Part shown: positions 43,727 to 60,086 of the stretch, piece by piece
Layout of the letters: each line of letters begins with the position of its first letter
Numbering within the stretch: position 1 is the first letter of the stretch
Source: Vicugna vicugna
Lineage: Eukaryota
Assembly (NCBI GenBank): GCA_013265495.1
Contig: MU058198.1
Coordinates: 6,835,779-6,899,778 of the forward strand
Direction: 5' to 3'
DNA length: 64,000 bases
Notes under the pieces: generated by a model
What the model was told of the DNA's origin: nothing
Database searches by the model: none
What the model saw: only the letters and a program-made list of their open reading frames with translations
Translations under genes and position numbers: made by a program

Positions 43727-44049
43727 AAAAGAAACAAAAGCTAAGGGAAATAGCAGAATGTAATTATGTATTAATGAATTCAGCATGAACGAGACAATGC
43801 CCCTGACCATTACAATGCTAAATTAACCACTAGATGCTAAATTGATGCAAAAATTAATCATTGGGTGTTAAATCGATGAACAATTATCTCATTGCATGTA
43901 TTAAATATTTTTCTATTTATGTTCCAATACTAAACTAGTATGTATAATTTTAATTATTAATTCAGGAATATCCAACCAAAAACAAAGAAAAAAAAAAACA
44001 GTCACTCCTCCATCCCTTTTAGTTTCTAACAACAATGTAATGAGAGGAG

Positions 44050-44930
44050 CATTTAAAGGAACTAAAGTGACTGCACAGGAAATTCTGTGATAGAAGATGG
44101 AAGAGCTATCCTCTTCGGGGATAAACATGGAAGACTGCTATAAAACCTGTAAGAATAGTGCTAGGATGCCTGAGATTGTGACACATGCTACAGACAACAA
44201 AAAGGGCTTTTATTGCTATATTTGGAGCAAGAAGAAGAAACAGGAAGAAATGGGCCCATTGCTTAGAGTAGATGGTGTAATATTAACAGATAACCAAGAG
44301 AAAGCAGAACCTCTCAATTTTCATTCGGTTTGTCTTCTATAAAGAAAATCATGCTCAAGATTTAAAAATGATTGAAGGTTGTAGTTCAGAGGAAACTTAA
44401 GACCCAGAAGTGAAGAATGATGAGAATACTAACTCAATTGAAATATTAAAGACCCCAGATTTGCATGCAGTCCATCCCCAGGATGCTGAAAGAAACTAGA
44501 GATACGGTTTGAGAGCCAGTGTAGACAAACTCTGAGAAATTTTAGAAAATAGGATAAGTACTAGAGATAGGCAAACACCATTACGACTTCTGAAAAGTTT
44601 TAAAAAGTGACTTATAAAACTATTCAGCAATGACTTTGGTATTAGAGGTTCTAGATTCTATATTCTGCAGATAATCTGTGAGCTGCAAGTAGTGGGAGCA
44701 ATGAGAACTACTCATGCTAAATAAGCCTCATTTCCCTTTTTCAGGGTTACCATAAGGTTACCACATCATGAGATCGGGGAACCCTTAGGACTTTACTTGC
44801 TTTCTGCCTTGCTTTCAAAAAAGAAACACATTTTTTTCAGGACATCTTTGCAAATTATATAAAGAAACCTGGGCACAAGTACAGGAATTTGGTGGGTGTA
44901 TGGTAGTTTGAACATTCACATTAATTAAAT
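44050..44930 (+). mobile_element. Ancient L3/CR1 LINE ORF2 fragment
   Basis: Translation DNKKGFYCYIWSKKKKQEEMGPLL...LTDNQEKAEPLN matches the CR1 ORF2 pattern (DNKKGFY.YI..K...VGPL...D.EKAE.LN). Confidence 0.75.
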
Positions 44931-44937
44931 GTTGATT

Positions 44938-46895
44938 TTGGTGATGTCAGCAAAAAGGCAGAGAAAGGACCTATGAAAATTCATTCCAACATAAAAGCAA
45001 TAAAAAACCCCAGCAACAAGGGTCAGAATCAACTTTTTCAAAACTGTAAAACAACCAAAGGCTTGCAGCAATTTGAGGAATGCTTATTCAAGAAATACAG
45101 CTAAATCTTGGTAAGAACAGTGAGCTTTGTGACATTTTAACTTGCTCAAGTCCTGTCCCTGACTCTCCAGTTCTGTTGCAACCTTGAAAAACAGCTCACA
45201 TTCCCATTGCAGCCTGGCAGGCACTGCAGGGAATCGAATGGAGCTGAAGCTCTTTCCAAGTCTTATTCCCAAAGAATTATCATTATTGGCACTGTCCTGT
45301 GGTTCCTTGGAAGACCCAACTTACAAGGCTGACTGTGTTTGACTTCACTTGGAGCGTGCCCAGCATAAAAAGCTCCCTTCCCAGGGGTCATTTGTTGGAA
45401 ACATTTACAGGCAAGGATTTTAACTTTGCAGCTGCCTGAGGTAGTAGGTAGCTGTTAGGGCAAAAACAGACTAACCAAAAAGCTTAAAAGGAAAAGCTAG
45501 GGGAGATCAAAGCTCTGAGATGACAGCGTGAAGAGCTCTCCATACGCACTCCCTAGAATAACAAGCAAAATTGATGAAAATGATTTTTTTTAACTCAGAG
45601 TTGACAGGAATTTTCCTAATGGCATATAGCCAATGAAGAAACATTTAAAGAAATATCTACTAAAACTTCATAAGACTAGGAGGAGTCAAACCAACTCCCT
45701 TCCTCCCTCCCTCCTGCCAGGTCATGAAGGAAACTGCACTCTGGGTAGGTGTGGCCAAGAAGATGGGCTCCCTCTCCCCTCAGCTGCCAATCAAGACTTA
45801 CCATATCTCAGCAGGAAGGGCAGGCTGCCAGTACTTTGCATCCCCTCCAACTCCAAGCTGAAGAGGCTAAATTTCTGTTGAGTGTGGCAAAGAAGTAGGG
45901 GGTTCCCTTGCCCTGTGCAGCCCCTACTCATAGGATGAAGGCTCTGTGCCTGGTGTGATGGTCCAAGAATACTGGAGCCCCAACTGCCCTCATCCAAGCT
46001 TGCTTATAGAGCAGAGATCCTATGCTGGGAGAAACAAACCAAGAAGATCAGAGGCTACTGCTCTAGCCAGTACCCAGAGCAGTAGCTGAGAGACTTTGCC
46101 CAGGGAGAGACAGTCCATAGAAAAGAGATTCAAGGCTCTCTCCAAAGGAAATGACTGTCCTTGAAACTTAGTATAGGAACGTTCAAGTCTAAGGGAGCTC
46201 TCAAAACAAACAAAACAGCTCTTCTTAATTAAGAACCATAAGGCTAAACCATAGGCCATTTAATTCATCAGAGAGAATCAGGGGAAGGGACAGCTAAGAG
46301 TCCTCCTGAGGTCAGAGCAAACCTCAAAGACCATCCTTAAAGCCGACCCCTGCCCAAATTTAACTGGATCAGACTGCTGAGCAATGCAGGGCATTGTCAG
46401 GAACAATAGAGCAATCAGCCAGCAATTAGTGGAGCCTAAAAAGCAGTGTGTAATATCAAATGAAACAGCTTAACAGAGAAATCAGGGAAAGAGATGGTCA
46501 CAGAGTGCCTGCTACATCCCCTGCCCTCCCAAGGCAACAAGAGTTGAAACAGGAAGGCAGGGCCCAAGGCTATATGAGCTCAAGGAGCAACACCAAAGTT
46601 TTCATGCTGAGGAAAAATAGACTTAACTAAAATAGTACATTCTATATGTCAATGGAATTGAGTTAGTATAGATTTGAAGTAGATTCTGGTAAGTTAATAT
46701 GTAAATGGTAAGCCCTAGAGCAACCATTAAGAAAATAACTTTTAAAAATACAGTTTAAAATAAAGTATTGCAAGAAGATATTTACTTATTGCAAAAGAGG
46801 CAGTAAAGGAAGAAGAGAGAAAAAAGACATGAGACACATACGAAAACAAAAGTTAACATGGCAGATAAAAATCCAACTATATTAATAATATTATG
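44938..46895 (+). mobile_element. Old L1M fragments (5'UTR/ORF regions)
   Basis: L1-like start GATGTCAGCAAAAAGGCAGAG and ORF2-start-like AAATGGTAAGCCCTAGAGCAACCA...ATGGCAGATAAAAATCCAAC. Confidence 0.55.
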
Positions 46896-49286
46896 TGTGA
46901 GTCCCAGGCCTGACATTTATGTGTGTGGTCTCCAGCGAGTCACCCAAGCTTTCCACACCAGGTTCCCCACGTGTGAAAAGAGGATGACATCAGTTTCACA
47001 AGGCCAGCATGAAAATAAATTAGATCACATGCCCGCAGAAATCTAGCACTTGGGAGGCACTCAGTTTTCCCCTCCAATTGAGCCATTGCCTACCTGGCAC
47101 CAAGGTACTCAATAAACGTATGTTGAAATAATATAAGCCAAGCTTCTACAGCCAATAGAAATATACCTCATCCCTCCACAGTTCTGGAACGTGGATTCAC
47201 AGAAGCAGAAAGAGAAAGAAATCTGCAGCCCCCACACTTCTAATCACCGCATTCTATCACCTCACAAATGAACCTGTAATGACAAACTGTGACAAGTGCC
47301 ATGAAAGAAAAGAACGCTACGAGGGAGGCAGATGAACAGCATGTATTTTAGATCAGGCGTTCAGGGAAAGGCTCTGCGTGGAAGTGAATAAAATATTGGG
47401 CCAATACAAGGGAGGCAATACTCCTACTCTACTCCCACTGGTCAGACTACATATAGAAAATGGCATTCTATTTTGGGTGCTGCATTTTAACAGGAACACA
47501 GTCAACCCTGAGCTCATCAAGAAAAACACATCCCAGCTGATGAAGGGTGTGGAGACCATTCCATAAATACTCAATTCCCTCATTCAACAAATAATTTATT
47601 GAGTGCAAAACACTGGAGAGGATTTAAAATAAAGATACCAGCATTACAGCCTTCAAGAAATTTTACAGTCTAGTAGGGAGGGCAAGATGAGCACATAAGT
47701 AAATATAATACAAATTTGACATTTGCTCTAAAACTTAAGGGCCACAGATGTAGCACGTGGAGCTGTAGGATACCAGGAAACACTTCGTGAAGGGGTGGCA
47801 TTTGAGCCTGGAAAAGAAAAGGATTTCTTTTATTGAAAAACCCACTTAACGGGCATCACAAATAACAGAAGTTGCATGAGCAAAGGTGCAGAAGCAGGAA
47901 TGTGTATCATATGCAAGCCATCGAGAAATTCAGCTTGCCTAGAGGAAAAGGTTCATCTAGGAAATGAGCCTGAAAAGATAAGATTTGGCTCAAAGTAAGT
48001 AGGGCCTTGGATGTTGGTAAGGAATTTGGACTTCATTTGGCAGTTAAAGGGAGGAATTAAGAATTTCTGAACAGAAACATTGTAATGGACACTGCTGTTT
48101 TGCCTGTCCAGCACTTTCTGGGGACAGCACGCCAATTTTCCTTGGGAAAATCATCCCTCCCCCAGCCCAGTCCTTGTCATCGTGCAAACAGAGAAAACTA
48201 AACCCCCAATTCCTCATTGATTGACAGGGATCTGCACAGGCTCCAAACAGAACCAATAACCAATGGGTGTCACATCTGGCAGTTTCATTACAAGGAGAAT
48301 GAGACAGAAAGACAGAGATGAGCTTTTCCTCCACTGGAATTACTGGGAAAAAAACCCTCAGATATGAATCTGGAACTGCTGGCAGCCTTTTTGCCACCAA
48401 GAAAGGAACCACTAGAGAATGGAAACAATTCAGAAAGAAGCAGAGCTCAGAGGTGGGACCCCTTGTTTCAGTCCCTGGAGCCAAGTGTGCCATAACATCT
48501 ACCTCTAAACTTTTCAGTAAGTAAATCCATAAATTTTCTTTCTTGTTTAGTGGATTTGAGCTGGGTCTTTAACCATCTGTTATTGAAAGATTCCTGCTTC
48601 ATACAAACCTCATCAGGCTGTGTTTTAGGCATATCCGAGGAGGAAGAGGACTGAAAGAGAGGAGATTAGTTAGTATAATAGTAATAGCAGCATACAATAG
48701 TAGAGGCAAAGTGAAATGAGGAATCACAGGGAAACATCAGACATACCCAGACTGGCCTGTAATCTTTAAAAGTGTCAAAATCAAGAAAGATCAAAAAAAA
48801 AAAAAAAGATTAAGGAACTGTTCCAGATTAAAGGAAATTAAAGAGTCCTCACAACTAAATGCAACATGTGATACTGGGTAGGATCCTCAGACAGAAAATG
48901 GACATTAGTGGGATAGTTGGCAAGATTATTAATGTTAGTGTCTTGATTTTAATCATTGTATGCATTTATTTAAAACGTTAACGTTTAGGGAGTGCTGATG
49001 AAGGGTATACAGAAGTTCTTTGACTATGTTTGCAACCTTTTGGTAAGTTCCAAAGGTTTTTTAAAAAGTTAAAAAGTAAAAGAATAAAAATACGAAATTA
49101 GGGTTTGATTAATGGTAGAGGGTATGGTTTTGGGAAATACTATGGTAATAAAATGACAAGGAGTTGGCAGAGCTCTGCCTGCCCACACTGGGCTCTTTGT
49201 CCGGGCTGTCCTCACCAGCCTTCTTTCTCCATGTCTCTCCCTTAGTCATATCACTATACCTGTGATGTCAACTTTTTCCAGAGAAG

Positions 49287-49482
49287 AAATAGATAAACAA
49301 CAAAGTCCTATGGTACAGGACAGGGAAATATATTCAGTACCTTGTAATACCCTATAATGAAAAAGAATATGAAAAGGAATATGTGTATATATGTATATGT
49401 ATGACTGAATCACTACGCTGTACACCAGAAACTAACACAACGTTGTAAATTAACTACACTTCAATAAAAATAAAAATGATTA
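49287..49482 (+). mobile_element. Short L1 3' fragment with TSD
   Basis: AAATAGATAAACAAC...ACTTCAATAAAAAT. TSD CAGAGAAG at 49279-49286 and 49483-49490. Confidence 0.8.
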
Positions 49483-49841
49483 CAGAGAAGGCATGAAGGC
49501 ATCAGCTGAAGAATGCTTATACCAGGGGAGAGAGGTCTGGACCCAGCTAATCTGTAATATATGAGGACAAATCACAGGAAAATTATAATGAGGTTTTTGG
49601 GATTTAAAAAAAGGGATCCGTACTTAAATCGAAATAAAAGTATTCATTGTGTACTGACTCCTGTTCCTGCACTTTTGCTGCCTTCTTGGTTTGTGTAGGC
49701 TAGCTGAATTAGTTGAAATGGGATTGTTCATTTGTGCTCTTCGAATGTTATTCGCTTGTGTTACCTTAGGCAATTACCCATTGGTCTCTCTTGTGACCTT
49801 GACATCACAAACAGATAAAAACTGGTCTTAGCCTGCGTACA

Positions 49842-50352
49842 GATGACTGGATAAAGAAGCTGTGGAATATTTATACAATGGAATATTACTCAGCCATAAA
49901 ATTAAAATAATGTCATTTGCAGCAACATGGATGGACCTAGAGGCTCATTCTAAGTGAAATAAGCCAGAAAGAGAAAGAAAAATATCATATGATATCAGTC
50001 ATATGTGGAATCTAAAAAAATGATAAATAAATTTATTTCCAAACAGAAACAGACTCACAGACATAGAAAACAAACTTATGGTTATCGGGGGGAAGGGAGT
50101 GGGAAGGGATAAATTGGGAGCTCGAGATTCAGACACTAACTAATATATGTAAAATAGATAAACAACAAGTTTATACTGTATAGCACAGGGAACTATATTC
50201 AATATCTTGTAGTAACTTATGGTGAAAAAGAATATGAAAACGAATATATGTATGTTCATGTATGAATGAAGCATTGTGCTGTACACCAGAAATTGACACA
50301 TTGTAAACTTACTATACTTCAATTAAAAATATATATATATGCAAAAAAAAAA
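49842..50352 (+). mobile_element. L1 3' fragment with poly-A and imperfect TSD
   Basis: GATGACTGGATAAAGAAG...ACTTCAATTAAAAA. Flanks CTTAGCCTGCGTACA / CTTAGTCTGGGTAGA. Confidence 0.85.
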
Positions 50353-52779
50353 CTTAGTCTGGGTAGATCCAGAGGCTAGAGCTAAGCCAAATAGCAGCTG
50401 TCAGAAACACTCTAACGATGCAGTGAGCTGGAGGTAATGAACTACCTAATGGAGGAAATGATTCTAAAGTTCCTTCCAACTCCATAGTTCAGTGAGCTTC
50501 TGCTTTTTTTTCTGTTAAATGTTCATAGTATCTAGTTCATACAGTGCTGCAAGGATGAAAGGAGATAAAGTACATAAAAGCCTGGCACTGAATAGATGTT
50601 CAGTCTCTGTGAAATAGACTACGAAATCCCAGTCCAATCTCCAGGGAAGTACCAACCTCAACCACTAGAGGGGACTCTCAGGCACATTCATATGACTTTA
50701 AATGAGACTCATGCCGCTGAGGTGGCAGGCAGCCCTCCCAATACACCAGCCCTTCCCATGCCAGGAAACTCACTCCCACTCAGGAAACCTGGCTCCACGC
50801 TGAACTCCATGGTGTTTTCTCTGAGTCACTATATTCTCCCACAGTTGCAAAATGATTTGGCAAAAGTCCCTCAAAGTCTTTTACTGCTGAGTAATATCCA
50901 AACTCCTTGCAATAATCAGAGGCCTTTCTCAATCTGGCCCCAACCTATCTTTCCAGCCTGAACTCCCCTGACCCTTTATACTGCAGCCACACTGGACAAA
51001 TCATGCTCCTGCCTCTTTGCTGTGGTTCATGCTGTGTCTTCTTGATCCCTTTCCCCTATCTTGACCTTCTGAAACTCTACTTCTTTTTTGGTGATGCAAA
51101 TGTCACCTCTTCCATTACTCCCTGCTCACTTCTCTAGAAAGAGTGATCTCACCCACCCTTGAACTTACACACCATATATTACACCCAACTATCTGTATTG
51201 AATGATTTCTGTACGTGCATCTTTTCTCTTCAATAGATTAGAAACTCCCTAAGTAGAGAGGCCAGTGGGTAATCTGCCCAGAATAACACAGTAAGTGGCA
51301 GAAATGTGACTCTTAACTCGGGCAATCTGACTCCAGAGAGCTCTTACTCTTAACCATCAATTCACACTATATAGTCATCTTTTATTAGACACAGTGCCTA
51401 ACTCAGAGCTTTGCACACAGTGCCATTTAATAGTTTATCAAATGAATTTAAAAAAAAAACTGATCTAATTAGCACCTCTTGAACCTTCACTGACTTGTGG
51501 ACTATTGGGAACCAGCAACTTGGTCTCATTAATCTGAATTAGAGTGCCTGGCCATAGATCTAATTATGAGCAATTTCAGAATCATAATTACTGTTCCATC
51601 TTGTCTCTTGATCTTTAATGCATATAAGGACTTACTCTCAGCTTCTAAGGGAGACAAAAACAACGTGAGTACTTACTGAAGCTGAGGAGATGTGTTTTTG
51701 TGAAGCTTCCAGCTCACATCGTTACTGTGAAGTGAGGGAGATGGACTGGATGGTCTCGGAGGGCCTCTTCTTCAGTTTATAACAGTCTGTGATTCTGGGA
51801 GACAGAATGGAATTAAAGAGAGTCTCTGCCTCTGTGTCAGAAGACGCCATGTTGAGTCTCAGCTCTCCAACTCTCAGATTTTCCATTCTGTAAAATTTGA
51901 TTCATCCATTCAAAAATTTTGAGTGTCTGGGGTAGGGGACACAGCAATGAACAAGATAAGACATGGCCCCTGCTCATCCAGCTAAGAAAAGCAGATGACA
52001 CCTATATTGTGGGGCTGTCCTAATGAAGAAACTGAAGTGAACAAGATGTTGTATAAACTATACAGTCTAGTACAGAATCAAAAGATGATGATCTTGACAG
52101 GATTTCAATTTTACCAAATCCAATGACAACAAAAATGTTACCTATCTTGTTTTTGAGAAAAGCCTGACAGTGTATTTTAACCAAACCCTGTCAACTTCCC
52201 ATGCAGCTTTCAGGCCTCTCCCCTACTCTCCATGTAAAGGTAGGCAAGGATTATCCGGCTTCTGGATACAGGCACTGCCAGGTTGCCAGGTCCCTAGCCC
52301 ACTCCTGCAGGCTTCTATCTGAAGGTCATTAGGCTGGGAGGCTGGATGCCTGGGTTCGTGAGCTCTCAAGTTGTCTCAGTGACTCCAAGTCACCTGCCCA
52401 CGCTCAGGTTTCAGTTTCCTCATCTGTGAAAGGTAGGCCACATCCGTTAGGAAGCCATCTCCCACGGCTACCGTAAAATACGCATGGGATCATTTAGCAT
52501 TGGGCCGAGCCTGGCTCAGGGAGGCCAAACTCCAGAGGGCTGGTAAGGGTTCTCTTAAGGTTCCATCCAGCCCCAGGCCACTCCTCAGGCTGCACTGGGA
52601 CTAGCAGAGGCAGCTGGGTCCTGGTCCCCGCTCCAGGACTCATTTGCCACGTGGTTCTGAGTGAGGTCACCAGGCGGCCCTATAGGCTGTTCTGCATGGA
52701 ACCTGGAGGGTCTGGACCGTCTCAAGACGGCCCTGGGAGCTTCTAGGTTGACTGAAGCTGACGGAGCGGACACGTACCA

Positions 52780-52885
52780 GGGACCAATGCACCCACCGCG
52801 GGAAAGCTGGATGCGCTGAGGGGGCGTGTCACGTGACGGGCTCGGGNNNNNNNNNNNNNNNNNNGGCGGGAGGGGAGGAGTGGAG
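52780..52885 (+). promoter_or_regulatory. MAPK3 proximal promoter (CpG island edge)
   Basis: CCAAT at 52784-52788, palindromic GTCACGTGAC at 52828-52837, GC boxes. Contains an 18-N gap. Confidence 0.7.
52847..52864. other. Assembly gap (18 N)
   Basis: Run of n characters in the GC-rich MAPK3 promoter/5'UTR. Confidence 1.
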
Positions 52886-57927
<5,042 letters not shown>

Positions 57928-60086
57928 CCTGGACAGATGCCTCTGCTCCCTGGGGCCTGGTGAGTATCCCCCCCGAACCCACGCACAGATTCACCCTAAG
58001 ACCAGGCTGCCCACCATGCCCCCATGTAGTCACAAGCTTGCTCACGTCCATGATCTACGTGAATGGTGGCAACAAAAGGACCAGAGCCTGCCACAGACCT
58101 GTGGTCCCCCAGCCCTACCTGTCAATACCCTTCAAACTCCAGCCCCAGTAGCCATTCCAGGCCCTCAGAGGTCACTGAGGGCCCCTCTCGCCCATCTGAG
58201 GAACAGAGCCAGGAGTTGGCTTCCCTAGTCTGGGCAGAGTGGCAAGTAGGGCAGTAACTGCTTTGGGAGGAGCTGGCAGCACCCAGCCTGACCCACATGC
58301 CAGGCTTCTCCACACCTGGTGTCCAGATCAGCAGTCCATATACCTCTGGGGGACACTGCTGGGCCTACCCCCACCCACGCGCTCTCCGTCCCTCCTCTGG
58401 TTGCCTTTCTGTCTTTGGCCAGTTGCAGCCTGATTAGCAGGAAGGCAAACACACCTGGGTTCAAAGCCCAGCTCTGACACTTAGTAAGGGCTGTGTGATA
58501 TTGTGCAAGACACCTCACCTTTCTGCATCTTGGTTTCCTGGAGACAGTCCTGATATTGAGAGCAAACTCCTACCTAGCACCAGGCATTGTTCTAAGAGTT
58601 TTACATATATTAACTCATTTATGGCAGTATCTTGAAATAGGCACTAATGTTATCCCCATTCACAAATAAGGAAACCAAGACCCAGCTGTATGGATGAAAG
58701 GAAAGACGTTGGGGTCGGGGCTCTGGCAGGTCTGCTTGTGGGGAGGGATGTGTGCTAATGGTTCCTTTCCTGCCTGCCTTTTTGTTTAGGTCCTGCCTTC
58801 TGCCTGCCCCTCCCCTGCCGGACTGTTAGAAAATGGACACTGTGCCCAGCCCAGCCCCCGACAGCCCAGGTCAGGGCCAAGGGCGGGCCTGGCCACCTCC
58901 CTCCGCTTTGCTCAGGAGTTCTGCTTCAGGCAGGCCAACGCACTCGCCCTCCCCCACCCCTCCCAGGACCTGAGGGGCTCAGGTGGCCCCAAAGCAAATT
59001 CCCCTCTGCTGCTCTGCCTCCACCTGCCCTGGCTATCCCAGTCTCTGGTAGTTCTGGAATCCAAGGGCTCTGGCTGCTCCGGGACCTACTGAGGGGTCAG
59101 GTGGTGGAGGAGGGGGAGACACGGAGGACACTGAGTAGGGACTCAGGGCCAGCCCTGCCTCACTCACTTCATTAAAACCCCACCCCATTTTCCCTGAAGG
59201 AACATTCCTAAGGCTCAAGGGCTAGTATCCCTGAGGAGCAGGGCCCAGGCCTAAACTCCCTCCCCCAACAAAGCTGCCACATCTAACGTCCCGCTGCTTC
59301 TGTGTGTGGGTGAACAGAAGTGGAGGTGGGGCACGTGCAGAGCCCAGTGCCCCTCCCACCCCCTGTGCCTGTATCTAATATATAAATATAGAGATGTGTA
59401 TATGGATGGCCCTGGCTCTGTCTGTATTCGCCGATGCCCTGACCCTAACCCTTGCTGCTTTGAGGACTGACTCTCCAGCCCAGCCGCTTCCAACCTGTGG
59501 CTTTACCTGGTGTGGTGGCCTTTGGCTCCCCAGCTGGCCAGGGTTGAGAATGGGAATGTAAGGAGTTCCAGACTCCTGGACAAAATGGGATCAGTTTCCC
59601 CCTTAGTCACTGTCCTTTCCCCTCTCTGATGGCTTCCTGTCTAACTGGCTGGGGGTGATTCTGGAATGACTCAGGGACACCCTACACACCCCCGGATTCT
59701 TTGAAAATGGCCAGGAATGATACATTACATACCCTGGCCACATGAACCAGCGGGAAGGGGGAAAGTTGTCGCACACCTGGTGGGGTGGGGGTAGGGGGAC
59801 TTGCCTACCACCCCTCCGCCGGTGTGGCCACAGAGGGATTCTGGGGTGTGTGAAGGGCCTGGGGATACGAGGGCCAGACCTGCCTGGCCCTACTCCTGCC
59901 TCTACCCCATCCCCAGCTGAGCCCTGCAGTCTGGCCCCAGGCCAGCAGCAGGCTCAGCAGGTCCCAAGGGGTGTGGTGCGGGCCGGTGGTGGAGCCAGCC
60001 TACATCAGCCAGGCAGTCTGCGAGGCAGCAGTCCATCGGGAGCGGCTGAGCTCACGGCAGCCGGAGCGTGGAAAGGCAGCACGGCC

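Larger units (their letters stand above)
32294..52318 (-). pseudogene. Candidate decayed multi-exon gene (unitary pseudogene) or spliced lncRNA; identity unknown
   Basis: Minus-strand AG...GT-bounded segments that do not resemble repeats I recognise: 52318-52142, 51724-51677, 49551-49260, 40702-40566, 40298-39518, 39401-38862, 37089-37005, 36803-36453, 33910-33757, 32749 to about 32294. Frames are stop-poor and some are restored when TE insertions are removed. Confidence 0.45.

Noticed and set aside
25338..50322. Recurrent similar short ORFs (MIYNVVLVS...YTVGPCCL) suggesting a peptide family
   Set aside because: They are antisense translations of L1 3'UTR copies.
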